The position numbers were made by a program, and so were the translations under genes. DNA of 64,000 nt from Thermodesulfovibrionales bacterium (GTDB taxonomy: Bacteria > Nitrospirota > Thermodesulfovibrionia > Thermodesulfovibrionales > SM23-35). Below the pieces are notes generated by a model that worked only from the letters and a program-made list of their open reading frames with translations, was not told the DNA's origin and ran no database searches. Positions 10,727-20,752 of this stretch are shown here, one piece after another; the first letter of the stretch is position 1, and the number at the start of each line of letters is the position of its first letter. The DNA is taken from assembly GCA_963715195.1 (NCBI GenBank), contig CAVQRT010000003.1, positions 192,001 to 256,000 on the forward strand. Reading direction: 5' to 3'.

Positions 10727-13700
10727 TGTCCACCTCGTCTCATGGTATCCAGAATATACAATATTCCCTTTACCGGAATACCTGCCCATTCCGGACGGTT
10801 GTTTAATTCATAACCAAGTTCATAGATAGCCTTTTCCAATAAAAAACACCGAAGCAGTGTTTCCATTTCACTGTACTCTTTGGGAATAAATGGTGTGTCT
10901 TTCACGGTCTGGAAATATGAATTGAAAAAAATGCTGCTAACACATTCACACCAGATGTTTGCCCATGGCTCCAGGAAGGTTACATCCTCAAGCCTCACCG
11001 AAGCGCTCTTCAGCAGGACATGATAAACAGCGTAGTGGAAAGAGCGCATCATTCCGGCTGTGTCCCGCAAAGGAGATTTCTTCAGCCTCCGCTCACTCAG
11101 AGGACGTGCGGGTTCTCCCTCAAAATCAATGATCACAAAGTCGTTCCCCGTAAACAGAACCTGTCCAAGGTGATAGTCGCCATGAAAACGCGCTCTCATG
11201 GCTGATATTTTGGTCGCCAAAATTGCCTCAAATACCGAAAAGATTTCCTGTTTTCGGTTGATGAGTACATTTGCTTCATCCGTCACAGTTTCAGGAATCT
11301 TTTTTAGGTTCTCCTGGAGCAGTTGCATATTTCTCACCGTGCGATTTCTCATGGATTGATAGATTGACCTTTGGTACAGCAGGGAAAAAGCCTCCGGAGA
11401 AAAACCCTGGTCTCTGGCATTGTAAATCAAAGCAAGATGCATTTCCCCGGTCCTTTTTCCGAGAAGTGAGATCATCTCGAGATAGAATCTACCGATCAAT
11501 TCCTGAAGCAGCGGTGTGACATCAGAAACTGAGAGACCGAAGAGAGAAGACTCAAGAAGAGGGATTTCCGGAATTTCTGACTTTGTTGACAGGACCCGTT
11601 CATAGAAGTGGCTGACATGATCAAGGGAAAATTGCCATGCATCACCCTGATTCTGCACAAAACCCTGGAGATGCCCGATCGTAACCGGGAGAGCATTACC
11701 CGGACTTCTGTATTCAATCAGACCTGCAAACGGTGGGGCATGCGGAAAACGGGCGCTTTCTGTCAGAAAACGTGCTATCTCAATATCGGGATTGACGCCT
11801 CTGTCTAACCTGCGGAATAGTTTTAGGAAGAACGTATTGTCGTAGATAAAAGATGTGTTGCTCTGCTCAACTTTGAGCAACTGCGATGCAAGGGGAAGTT
11901 CTTTCCCTCCGAGAATCCTTTTAAACTGTTTCCCCTGATGGCCAACGATTTCGCCGCTTCCCCCTTTCAGAACCTTCCTCTTCGAGATAAGAGCGAGAAG
12001 TTCTCTTTGAAAATCATTATTATATATGCTGTCATACAGAAGCCCTTCTCCGCTTTTCGTCTTGATGCGTGAGATTATTTCAAAGGGTTTCTCCTCCATG
12101 ATCCTCCGGGCCTGATCATCAGTACAAAAAGATACAGGAAGGAGGTACGTCTCAGATACCCCTTCTGTATAGCCTGCCTCAAGAAAAAGTATCTGGGTCT
12201 CTGAGGAATTTCGTCCTACTGGAATATGCTCCCGTATCTGAATTTTCTGAAGTCTCCGCGCTTTCCCTGCAAACCATCTGCTCTCCGAAATATACAGCGG
12301 TAAAACATCCTTTTCTAAGGTCTCCTTTGTTTTTCCCTCAAAAACTCTCTCCCAGCTTCCGTCCACACTCAATTCAGGGATAACGGTAAAAAAGTCTCCT
12401 ATTCGTAATGGCTCCTCCTGTCTTTTCAGGACGAACCAAAAGTAGTCATAGAAGCCGAGGGTTAAGATATACGGTGATTCCTTAATAGCAGGAAATCTGT
12501 TCTGGCTGAATGCTTCCTCAGGAACAAAGCCTGCGTAGTCTGAGAGTTCAAGTGCTGCAACCTGAGAGAATCTGGACAGGTTTACCACAACAAGGACTCG
12601 TTCGTCCTGATACTCACGGATAAAGGAGAGGACCTTCGAATTATCTGACGGGATAAACCTTATGCTACCTCTGCCGAAAGCCAGAAGCCGTTTACGCATC
12701 GCAATGACCCTCCTCATCCACCAGAGGAGTGAAGATGTATTCATCTCCTCGTTCTCAACATTGAGAGCTTCATAATGATATTCAGGGTCTATGATGACAG
12801 GGAGGTAGAGTTTCTGTGGATTGGCCTTCGAAAACCCGGCGTTCCGGTCAGAACTCCACTGCATCGGTGTTCTCACACCGTTCCGGTCACCGAGGTAATA
12901 GTTGTCACCCATGCCTATTTCATCTCCATAATAAATGATGGGAGTGCCGGGAAGAGAAAAGAGGAGGATGTTCATCAACTCAATTCTCCTTCGGTTGTTT
13001 CTAATAAGCGGAGCAAGCCTTCGCCTGATACCAAGGTTTATTCTCGCTTGCGGGTCCTTGGCATAGACCCTGTACATATAGTCTCTCTCCTCATCAGTAA
13101 CCATTTCGAGCGTGAGTTCATCGTGGTTTCTCAGAAACATCGCCCACTGGCACATGAAGGGGATATCGGGTGTCTGTCCGAGAATATCGATGATAGGGAA
13201 CCGATCCTCCATTTGAATCGCCATGAATATTCTTGGCATGACAGGAAAATGAAAAGCCATATGACATTCATCACCTTTGCCAAAATAGGCCGCAGCATCC
13301 TCAGGCCATTGATTCGCCTCGGCGAGTAACATCCTGTTCCTGAATTTTTTGTCGACATGTGATCGCAAGTTTTTCAAAAACTGATGTGTTTCAGGAAGAT
13401 TCTCACAATTGGTCCCTTCTCGCTCATATAGGTAAGGCACAGCATCAAGTCTAAGACCATCAACCCCCATTTCAAGCCAAAAATCAAGAGTGCGGATCAT
13501 GGCCTTTTGCACATGCGGGTTGTCAAAATTCAGATCGGGCTGATGTGCATAGAATCGATGCCAGTAATAGGCCTTAGCAACAGGGTCCCATGTCCAGTTG
13601 GAGGGTTCGAAATCAAGGAAGATAATCCGTGCATCTTTGTAGCGCTCAGGCGTATCACTCCATACATAAAAATCTCGCCAGACAGAACCGGCCTTTGCGG

Positions 13701-14091
13701 TTCTTGACCGCTGAAACCATTCGTGCTGGTCCGAGGTATGATTGAGAACGAGCTCGGTGATCACTTTAATCCCTCTTCGATGAGCCTCTCGCAAAAATTC
13801 CCTGAAATCGCGAAGTGTTCCGTAATCGGAATTAATATTGTAGTAATTTGCAATGTCATAACCGTCATCCTTTAGGGGGGAAGGATAAAAAGGTAAAAGC
13901 CATATGGCGCTAATCCCCAGATTTTCGAGGTAGTCAAGTTTCGCGATGAGTCCACGGAAATCACCCATGCCATCATCGTTCCTGTCAAAGAAAGCCCGCA
14001 CATGAAGCTGATAGATCGTGGCGTCTTTATACCAAAATGGATTTTCATCATCAAAAAAAATCTTTCCCTTAGGCATGAAGGATTTCCTCAC
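10723..14091 (-). CDS. treS: trehalose synthase (maltose alpha-D-glucosyltransferase) fused to maltokinase (TreS-Pep2/Mak)
   Basis: GH13 motifs RLDAVPYL, AEANQWP, FLRNHDELTLEMV; C-terminal kinase motifs EQSNTS, HGDYHLGQVL, IIDFEGEP, YELNNRPEW. Confidence 0.95.
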   Translation of the reverse strand: MRKSFMPKGKIFFDDENPFWYKDATIYQLHVRAFFDRNDDGMGDFRGLIAKLDYLENLGISAIWLLPFYPSPLKDDGYDIANYYNINSDYGTLRDFREFLREAHRRGIKVITELVLNHTSDQHEWFQRSRTAKAGSVWRDFYVWSDTPERYKDARIIFLDFEPSNWTWDPVAKAYYWHRFYAHQPDLNFDNPHVQKAMIRTLDFWLEMGVDGLRLDAVPYLYEREGTNCENLPETHQFLKNLRSHVDKKFRNRMLLAEANQWPEDAAAYFGKGDECHMAFHFPVMPRIFMAIQMEDRFPIIDILGQTPDIPFMCQWAMFLRNHDELTLEMVTDEERDYMYRVYAKDPQARINLGIRRRLAPLIRNNRRRIELMNILLFSLPGTPIIYYGDEIGMGDNYYLGDRNGVRTPMQWSSDRNAGFSKANPQKLYLPVIIDPEYHYEALNVENEEMNTSSLLWWMRRVIAMRKRLLAFGRGSIRFIPSDNSKVLSFIREYQDERVLVVVNLSRFSQVAALELSDYAGFVPEEAFSQNRFPAIKESPYILTLGFYDYFWFVLKRQEEPLRIGDFFTVIPELSVDGSWERVFEGKTKETLEKDVLPLYISESRWFAGKARRLQKIQIREHIPVGRNSSETQILFLEAGYTEGVSETYLLPVSFCTDDQARRIMEEKPFEIISRIKTKSGEGLLYDSIYNNDFQRELLALISKRKVLKGGSGEIVGHQGKQFKRILGGKELPLASQLLKVEQSNTSFIYDNTFFLKLFRRLDRGVNPDIEIARFLTESARFPHAPPFAGLIEYRSPGNALPVTIGHLQGFVQNQGDAWQFSLDHVSHFYERVLSTKSEIPEIPLLESSLFGLSVSDVTPLLQELIGRFYLEMISLLGKRTGEMHLALIYNARDQGFSPEAFSLLYQRSIYQSMRNRTVRNMQLLQENLKKIPETVTDEANVLINRKQEIFSVFEAILATKISAMRARFHGDYHLGQVLFTGNDFVIIDFEGEPARPLSERRLKKSPLRDTAGMMRSFHYAVYHVLLKSASVRLEDVTFLEPWANIWCECVSSIFFNSYFQTVKDTPFIPKEYSEMETLLRCFLLEKAIYELGYELNNRPEWAGIPVKGILYILDTMRRGGQ

Positions 14092-16100
14092 ATGAAATAA
14101 TCAAAATCTGCCTCTTTTTTCAGCTTCCTTCTGATCCTGAATATATGGGCAGGGGAAATATGCGGATTAATCTCGACGTAGTTTCGCTCACCCTGCCAAA
14201 TATATTTTTCCTCACCCAGTAAATCATGCACCATATACGGCTGATGAGGATCGATACCGAAATCATGGATGGGAATTTTCACCCATCCAGAGTGTTTGTG
14301 AAACGGGTCAATATTGACAACAACAAGAATGATATTTGAGAGATCATCGGAGACCTTCCCAAAACAGATCAGATTATCGTTATCAACATCATAAAACGTG
14401 ATGTTAAACGTCATCTGCAGGGCAGAGTTTTCCTTCCGGATCCTGTTCACCCGTGCTATGAAATCCCTGATGGTTCCCTCTCTGTTGCGGTCCCACAGTT
14501 TTATCTCGTATTTTTCGGAATTGAGATATTCCTCTTTACCGGGAACTGCTTCGTTCTCGATCATTTCAAAGGCCGGGCCGTAGATGCCGTAATTTGACGA
14601 GAGCGTGGCAGCCAGCACGAGTCTCATCATGAAAGCATTCCTGCCCCCAAACTGGAGATGTTCAGGCAGGATATCGGGGGTATTCGGCCAGAAATTCGGC
14701 CTGAAGTATTCCCTGACGCCGGTCATTGACACTTCCTGAATATACTGGATCAGTTCCTGTTTCGTGTTTCTCCAGGTGAAATAGGTGTATGACTGTGTGA
14801 ATCCGAGCTTTGCAAGGCGGTACATTACCTTTGGTCTCGTAAATGCCTCCGAGAGAAAAATGAGATCGGGATATGCAGTTTTCAGTTCCCCGATAAGCCA
14901 TTGCCAGAAGGCAAACGGCTTGGTATGAGGATTGTCCACCCTGAATATCCGTATGTCCTTTTCAATCCAGAAGAGGACAATGCTTTTCAGTTCCTCCCAC
15001 AATCCGAACCACTGTTCTGTCTCAAAATTCAGCGGGATGATGTCTTCATATTTCTTGGGTGGATTTTCCGCGTATTGAACCGTGCCGTCAGGACGCCACC
15101 GAAACCATTCAGGATGCTCTTTGACATAGGGATGGTCGGGCGAGCACTGCAGTGCAAGATCCATCGCAACTTCAATGCCGAACTCCCGTGCTTTTGCGAT
15201 GAATCTCTGAAAATCCTTTACGGTGCCGAGGGCAGGATGCACAGCCTTGTGTCCTCCTTTGTCTGAGCCGATCGCCCACGGGCTTCCGACATGGTCTGAT
15301 CCGGAAACGAGGGTGTTGTTTTTTCCTTTTCTTATTGTCTCGCCTATCGGATGAATCGGCGGAACATAGAGAACATCGAACCCCATTTCTGCAACTTCGG
15401 GAAGGAGTGCCTCACAATCACGGAATGTCCCATGTTGTCCGTCATGCGAACAGGATCGGGGAAATATTTCATACCATGCGCTGAAAAGCGCCTTTGGTCT
15501 GTCTACAACGACCCTGAGTTCTTTCCCGTACCGAGACGCAAGGCGCCTGTCAGCGTATTGGTCAATCAGGTCACCGAGATCCGGATCCGATGCCGCCGCG
15601 ACAAGTGCTGCGTTATCAGTCCCCCCTTTGAAAAGACTGGCATAGGAAAGGAGTCTTTTGCGATCAGGCTTGCGGGATGCTCTGTCAGCAATGCTCTCGA
15701 TAATCGCAGCCCCTATGACAAGATCCACTGCTATGTCCTGGCCCGAATCGAATCTCTTTTTCAGGTCTAGTTGCCAGGTTCTAAAATGGTCGACCCATCC
15801 CTGCACTGTGTAGGAATAGATACCGGTTTCCCCGACACGGAACTCACCTCTCCAGCGGTCGTTTCCGATAAACCTCATTGGGACTTCGTTCCATGTGTGC
15901 TCCTGCCAACGCTGAAAGAGAAGAGTTGCTGAGACAGCATCATGCCCGTCGGCATAGATATCGGCTTCCACAACGACGTTCTCTCCGACCACTCTTTTGA
16001 TCGGGAACGTCCCGCAATCAATCTCTGGTTTTACGTTCTCGATGATAATTCTTTTTCTGCCTTCACCCATATCCACGATTTTCCCTCCTGCGCCTGACAT
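14088..16100 (-). CDS. glgE: alpha-1,4-glucan:maltose-1-phosphate maltosyltransferase
   Basis: WYEIFPRS, PPIHPIG, GSPWAIG, YAENPPKKYEDI, FRVDNPHTKP, NTPDIL; the true start may be a few codons downstream, after the AGGAGGG RBS. Confidence 0.95.
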   Translation of the reverse strand: MSGAGGKIVDMGEGRKRIIIENVKPEIDCGTFPIKRVVGENVVVEADIYADGHDAVSATLLFQRWQEHTWNEVPMRFIGNDRWRGEFRVGETGIYSYTVQGWVDHFRTWQLDLKKRFDSGQDIAVDLVIGAAIIESIADRASRKPDRKRLLSYASLFKGGTDNAALVAAASDPDLGDLIDQYADRRLASRYGKELRVVVDRPKALFSAWYEIFPRSCSHDGQHGTFRDCEALLPEVAEMGFDVLYVPPIHPIGETIRKGKNNTLVSGSDHVGSPWAIGSDKGGHKAVHPALGTVKDFQRFIAKAREFGIEVAMDLALQCSPDHPYVKEHPEWFRWRPDGTVQYAENPPKKYEDIIPLNFETEQWFGLWEELKSIVLFWIEKDIRIFRVDNPHTKPFAFWQWLIGELKTAYPDLIFLSEAFTRPKVMYRLAKLGFTQSYTYFTWRNTKQELIQYIQEVSMTGVREYFRPNFWPNTPDILPEHLQFGGRNAFMMRLVLAATLSSNYGIYGPAFEMIENEAVPGKEEYLNSEKYEIKLWDRNREGTIRDFIARVNRIRKENSALQMTFNITFYDVDNDNLICFGKVSDDLSNIILVVVNIDPFHKHSGWVKIPIHDFGIDPHQPYMVHDLLGEEKYIWQGERNYVEINPHISPAHIFRIRRKLKKEADFDYFM

Positions 16101-16258
16101 GCAAAAAAACGGGGGCGAAAGTTGATTGGTCAGGGTCCAGTCTTTGAAAAACCGAGTGAATTTCCCCGTATTTCTCCCTGATTAAACAGATTATTATAAC
16201 CCTATTATTGATTAAATGTGGTTATAATATAGCATAAATGTAGTCATGCTGCAACACC

Positions 16259-18460
16259 TCAAAAAGACGAAAATATTCTCTTAAATTCAATATTTTCAGC
16301 GGCCAATATATATGCAATACCGTGAAGGTCTTCAGTCTTACTGAAAATATTTTTCAGGTATAGACCGTATGACTCATCGGTCTCATCAACAGCGGGAGGG
16401 CGCAAGCCCATAAAAACAAAGTTTGCATCCTTTGAATGTTCCCGAATCGTGCTGAAAATTTCACTGCTGCCGTCAAAAACGATTTCGACATCGGCCCCTA
16501 TCCTGCCCTGTTCCACAAATGCACGGAGCCCCTTTTCGGTGTCATGACGGGAATCCTCCGAAAAAATAATGTGCTTCAGGGTAAGTCTTGAATCTTTCCA
16601 CAGAGGGCTTGTATGGAGGAGATATGCAAATGAGAGAAGAAGTCCCGCATTGTCGCCCTTTTGTCCCCACCATACATCAATTCTTCCTGACCGGCCATTT
16701 GGTTCCTGTATCTGGTTTTCCTTCATAATCACGACATTCCGTTTGTTCTCATGTATCATTTGAATGAGTTCCGCGAACTTGACAAGATTATCATCATCTG
16801 CCGTTTCTCCTATCAGAACGGTATTCGGTTCAATCGGTCCAAAACCATAACCTTTGATCAACTCCGAAATGCCGCTCATGACATCACCGGACGGGTACAC
16901 TTTGACCATGGCCGTTATTTTTCTCTCTTCAAGATAATTGCGGATTGTTTCTTCCATATTCTCTTTTCTCTCATTCGAGATATGCTTGTCGGATAGGACT
17001 GCGGCGACTGTCAATAACCCATACCCGTGAGAAAAGGCATTGGCTATTTCTATCAGGTACCAGCGTGCTGTAGGCGATCCGCTTAACACGAGGATGTTAG
17101 GCCTCCATGTCTCGATATTCGGCTTTTTTGAGGAGAGCCGATAGAGTCCAAATTGTATCAGGAGCATGAGGATGCCGTATTTCATATCTCCCCACCGTGT
17201 CTTTAGACGTCTGCGCTTTGTCAATGTGTATATCCCTATTGCAATAAAAATTGCAACAAATGTGGCACCAGGATTTATCATGAACATACAGGCAAAGCAT
17301 CCAAAGGCCCCGGCAAAGGAAAACCCCCAATGCAACCGGAATGTTGGACGCCACGACGGACTGTTAATGAGTCTCCCAAAACCTGCGGAGAGATTCAGCA
17401 AACCGTAGGTTGTAAGGAAAAACATGGAAAGGACGGAAGCAATGATATTCAGATCACCAGCGAGAATACCGGTTAGCGCAATCAAAAACGATATCATAAC
17501 TGCGATTCTGGGTTCCTGGTTTTTCCCGGATCCGTATCCAAGAAAACGAAAAACAATGCCATCCTTTGCCATTGCCTGCAGAGTGCGCGGCGCGCTTAAG
17601 AGGGATGCCAGCGCACTTGAAAGTGCGGCCCCCCAGAGTCCGGCAAGAATAAAAAAACCCCATCGTGCAACTTTAAACATGATGAGATAATCTATGAGAA
17701 AAATTCTATGATCGGTAATATATTTGACAAAAAAGATCGGGATGGCCATATAGATGGCATAGCTGCAGGCGACAGAAGCGAGCGTCCCCCATGGAATTGC
17801 TTTCTCAGGGTTCTTTAAATCTCCTGACATTGACAAACCGGAGAGGATTCCTGTGACGGCGGGAAAGAATATTGCAAATACTGTCCAGAATTTCGCCTTG
17901 TCAGGCACAATAATATCGGAAGAAATCGGCGGAATCCTCTCCCCGGACCCTGCAAAAAATGATATGAGTGATAATGCTATGAGGGCAAGGATGATGTATT
18001 GGGTTTTCAAGGCAATATCCGTTGATTTGAGGCTTATGATTGTCAGGACTGCGAGAGTTACAATCCCTATCAATTTTATATTGATGTCAGCGTAGGGTAT
18101 GATTTGAATTACTGATTCGGCGAAACCGATAGCATAAAACGATATCCCCAGGGTTTGTGCCATATATAAAGGCAGGCCAATTGAAGCACCAGCTTCGATG
18201 CCGAGGGCCCTCGAAATAATATAGTAGGCTCCTCCGGTTTTGACTTTCATATTGGTTGCCAATGTCGAAACAGACAACCCCGTCAAGAAGGTAAGCGCTG
18301 TTGAAATGGTGACTATGACAAGCGTGGGGACTAATCCTACGTTTCCAAGCACCCATCCAAAACGGAGATACATAATGACGCCAAGGATCGTGAGAATATT
18401 CGGGGTAAACACCCCTTTGAAAGTCCCAAATTGATAGCCCACTTTTTCAGCTTCAGGCAT
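16259..18460 (-). CDS. cation-chloride cotransporter (SLC12/CCC)-like APC transporter
   Basis: FGTFKGVFTP..LGVIMYLRFGW, GGAYYIISRALG, FFPAVTGILSGLSMSGDLKNP, SPSWRPTF, WRPNILVL; about 12 TM segments plus a soluble C-terminal domain. Confidence 0.85.
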   Translation of the reverse strand: MPEAEKVGYQFGTFKGVFTPNILTILGVIMYLRFGWVLGNVGLVPTLVIVTISTALTFLTGLSVSTLATNMKVKTGGAYYIISRALGIEAGASIGLPLYMAQTLGISFYAIGFAESVIQIIPYADINIKLIGIVTLAVLTIISLKSTDIALKTQYIILALIALSLISFFAGSGERIPPISSDIIVPDKAKFWTVFAIFFPAVTGILSGLSMSGDLKNPEKAIPWGTLASVACSYAIYMAIPIFFVKYITDHRIFLIDYLIMFKVARWGFFILAGLWGAALSSALASLLSAPRTLQAMAKDGIVFRFLGYGSGKNQEPRIAVMISFLIALTGILAGDLNIIASVLSMFFLTTYGLLNLSAGFGRLINSPSWRPTFRLHWGFSFAGAFGCFACMFMINPGATFVAIFIAIGIYTLTKRRRLKTRWGDMKYGILMLLIQFGLYRLSSKKPNIETWRPNILVLSGSPTARWYLIEIANAFSHGYGLLTVAAVLSDKHISNERKENMEETIRNYLEERKITAMVKVYPSGDVMSGISELIKGYGFGPIEPNTVLIGETADDDNLVKFAELIQMIHENKRNVVIMKENQIQEPNGRSGRIDVWWGQKGDNAGLLLSFAYLLHTSPLWKDSRLTLKHIIFSEDSRHDTEKGLRAFVEQGRIGADVEIVFDGSSEIFSTIREHSKDANFVFMGLRPPAVDETDESYGLYLKNIFSKTEDLHGIAYILAAENIEFKRIFSSF

Positions 18461-18622
18461 TTTTTCTTCCCTTTTGATACGGCTGTTTCAGGATTGCTGT
18501 GATACTCTTCTCAACGCATAACTAATCTTTTGAGTATATGCGTTCATGAGGATAGTTGCAACCACTCTTGACGGGATGGAAGGATAGACGGTCTTAGACT
18601 GGATATGTCAAAATACGAACTG

Positions 18623-19252
18623 TCATCTTCCGGTAATCTTTCTTATTACTTTCAGGTAATTCTCAAGGTCACTTTGCGAAATATGTTTATCCGAATCCTG
18701 TTTATTCAACTCAAGCGCTTTCTGAAAAGCTTCCTCGGACTTTAATAATTTCCCCGTCATGGCCGACCAATAGCCGCACTGGAAGTAATTGTACTGCGCT
18801 GATTGAAGCACCTCGTCACCTGCAATGACCTGGATATCTGGGTCTTTGCAGGCAATAAGAGCCTCCAGTTCAGTATCGGTGGACTCCCGTAAATCAAATA
18901 TTTTCCATTGACCGGAAACTGTATCTTTATATGAAATCAAGAGATATTTCTTATTCTTTGGATTTCCTGTTTCGGTTATTTGAGTTATCTGTAGCAATTT
19001 CTGATACCCTTCAATATGAGGGTTATCAGTTGAAAACATCCTGTCAGCCGTTGTCGAGATCTCTGAACATAATGGATATTGCTTGTCAGTAAACCAGGCG
19101 TTCTTTGATATCATATCCTTACCTTCCGGCGTATAGCCGAGTTTGATTCCATCGAGAAAAGTATCGGCTGATTGTACAGCTGAGGAGTCGACTTGCCCAA
19201 AGCACCATGACGGGAAAAGAAACACGAATACTATGAAAGTCATTCTCTGCAT
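18623..19252 (-). CDS. hypothetical exported protein
   Basis: 209-aa ORF, GGGGG RBS, N-terminal signal-like segment, TPR-like helix pair at the C-terminus. Confidence 0.6.
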   Translation of the reverse strand: MQRMTFIVFVFLFPSWCFGQVDSSAVQSADTFLDGIKLGYTPEGKDMISKNAWFTDKQYPLCSEISTTADRMFSTDNPHIEGYQKLLQITQITETGNPKNKKYLLISYKDTVSGQWKIFDLRESTDTELEALIACKDPDIQVIAGDEVLQSAQYNYFQCGYWSAMTGKLLKSEEAFQKALELNKQDSDKHISQSDLENYLKVIRKITGR

Positions 19253-19337
19253 CCTGGCCCCCTTGTTTGTTATGTCCCGTTTATTGCGGATTCTCTTCTG
19301 ACGCTGCCGGTATTGAGCAGCAAGTAACGCCTACGGA

Positions 19338-19877
19338 TCAACTAACCGTGGGCTGTTCATACGGCAAAGAGAAATGCGTTTGTAAGAAAAACCAACTTCC
19401 GCTGATGTTTCTTAGCACAGCCGTAAATCCGCTTGCGACGTTTACACGCTCACTACCTTTCATAGCGGTCAGGTATCTCTCTGCTGCAAGAGTTACAATA
19501 TCTCCCTCAATAAGGAGAGATAAGGTTTTACATTCAACTGATGTAATCTCACCGAATGCTGATAACTCTCTTTGGTATGCTTCCTGTATGGCTGCATATC
19601 CAATAAAATGCTGCCCCTTTCCGGCACCGAGCATTATGATGTCAGGATCATTGGAATACAATGCCATAATACCTTTTACATCCTTTTTCTGGTATAAGAC
19701 ATTATATGCCGTTATATGTGTCTGAATTTCCTTTTTGATCCGTGCATTCCTGGGTGCAGCCAGATTACCGGGGAATGCCATCAGCCCGGCAAGAAGCATG
19801 GCAATCACTGCAATTAGAATAACGATCTTTTTTTTCTTAGTACCGTAAAATTTTTCAGCTGCTATAAGGTCCCGCAT
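19338..19877 (-). CDS. SnoaL/NTF2-like domain protein with N-terminal membrane anchor
   Basis: KKKK followed by a hydrophobic helix; 'D..GIMALYS', 'G..FIGY.AI', 'FTAVL..ISGSWFFLQTHFS' NTF2-fold pattern. Confidence 0.7.
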   Translation of the reverse strand: MRDLIAAEKFYGTKKKKIVILIAVIAMLLAGLMAFPGNLAAPRNARIKKEIQTHITAYNVLYQKKDVKGIMALYSNDPDIIMLGAGKGQHFIGYAAIQEAYQRELSAFGEITSVECKTLSLLIEGDIVTLAAERYLTAMKGSERVNVASGFTAVLRNISGSWFFLQTHFSLPYEQPTVS

Positions 19878-19915
19878 GCATATCCTTTGTATATATAAGG
19901 CCTTTCACTATACGG

Positions 19916-20371
19916 TCAACGAATCCAGAGATAATTTTTGTGAATCCATCCAACAGAATTCCACTCATCCCTGACCTTCACCCATGCACCCTGTTTCTGG
20001 ATAATTCTGAAGGTATCATACCGACGTGCCGGTTCCGAAGAAACTTTTCTATATTTTGTTCCGGGTCCTTTCCGCACATTCACGATCTGCGATTTCACAA
20101 CAGCGCACTGGTATTTACCGGCCACCAGAGTTTTATATATCCAGCCGATATCTCCGTCTACATCACGCACTGCATACCAGTCACCCGAAAGGGATGTTCC
20201 AACTTTCTGAAGAGGCATGAACCGATATGCTTGCCATATTATCTCATATTCTTTTCCGGGACCGCTCCGAATATTCGCTTCAGCTGCCTTTATACATAAA
20301 GCGCAAGAATCGTGAACCAGGGAAACCACCAGGATACCGATAACATATACTGTTATGAACATACATTTCAT
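19916..20371 (-). CDS. exported tandem bacterial SH3 domain protein
   Basis: Two repeats, ANIRSGPG..W..VRDVDGDIGWI and VNVRKGPG..WVKVRD..VGWI; start placed at ATG 20371 after a GGGAGG RBS. Confidence 0.8.
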   Translation of the reverse strand: MKCMFITVYVIGILVVSLVHDSCALCIKAAEANIRSGPGKEYEIIWQAYRFMPLQKVGTSLSGDWYAVRDVDGDIGWIYKTLVAGKYQCAVVKSQIVNVRKGPGTKYRKVSSEPARRYDTFRIIQKQGAWVKVRDEWNSVGWIHKNYLWIR

Positions 20372-20752
20372 GCTGCGCCTCCCTTCTTTGTTGTCTTTTC
20401 GATGCATATAGGCCACGGGACACCAATTGTTCGAGTGCGTCACCTGTGATGAAATTCAAGACCACCGCAGACACCCTTAAGCATCTGCGTTTCAGAGAGC
20501 ATGAGAAAAAGCGAAATTCCGTATTCCAGGAACTGATGACAACCTCATTTTTTGTGAAAGAAAATCTCTGTTATACTGATTGAAAAGGGAAGAAAGACAT
20601 CGGGGGAGGAGAAATATCAAACCCCCAGAATCTGATTGCCCGATAATAATACGTATTTGTTTCCATCTTTTTTTTTATCAAAGTCGTTCATTTTTGTCAA
20701 ATAGGCACACTGGCGAAGTGCATGTTTTTCACGGGAGGTCAGAGAAAAATTA

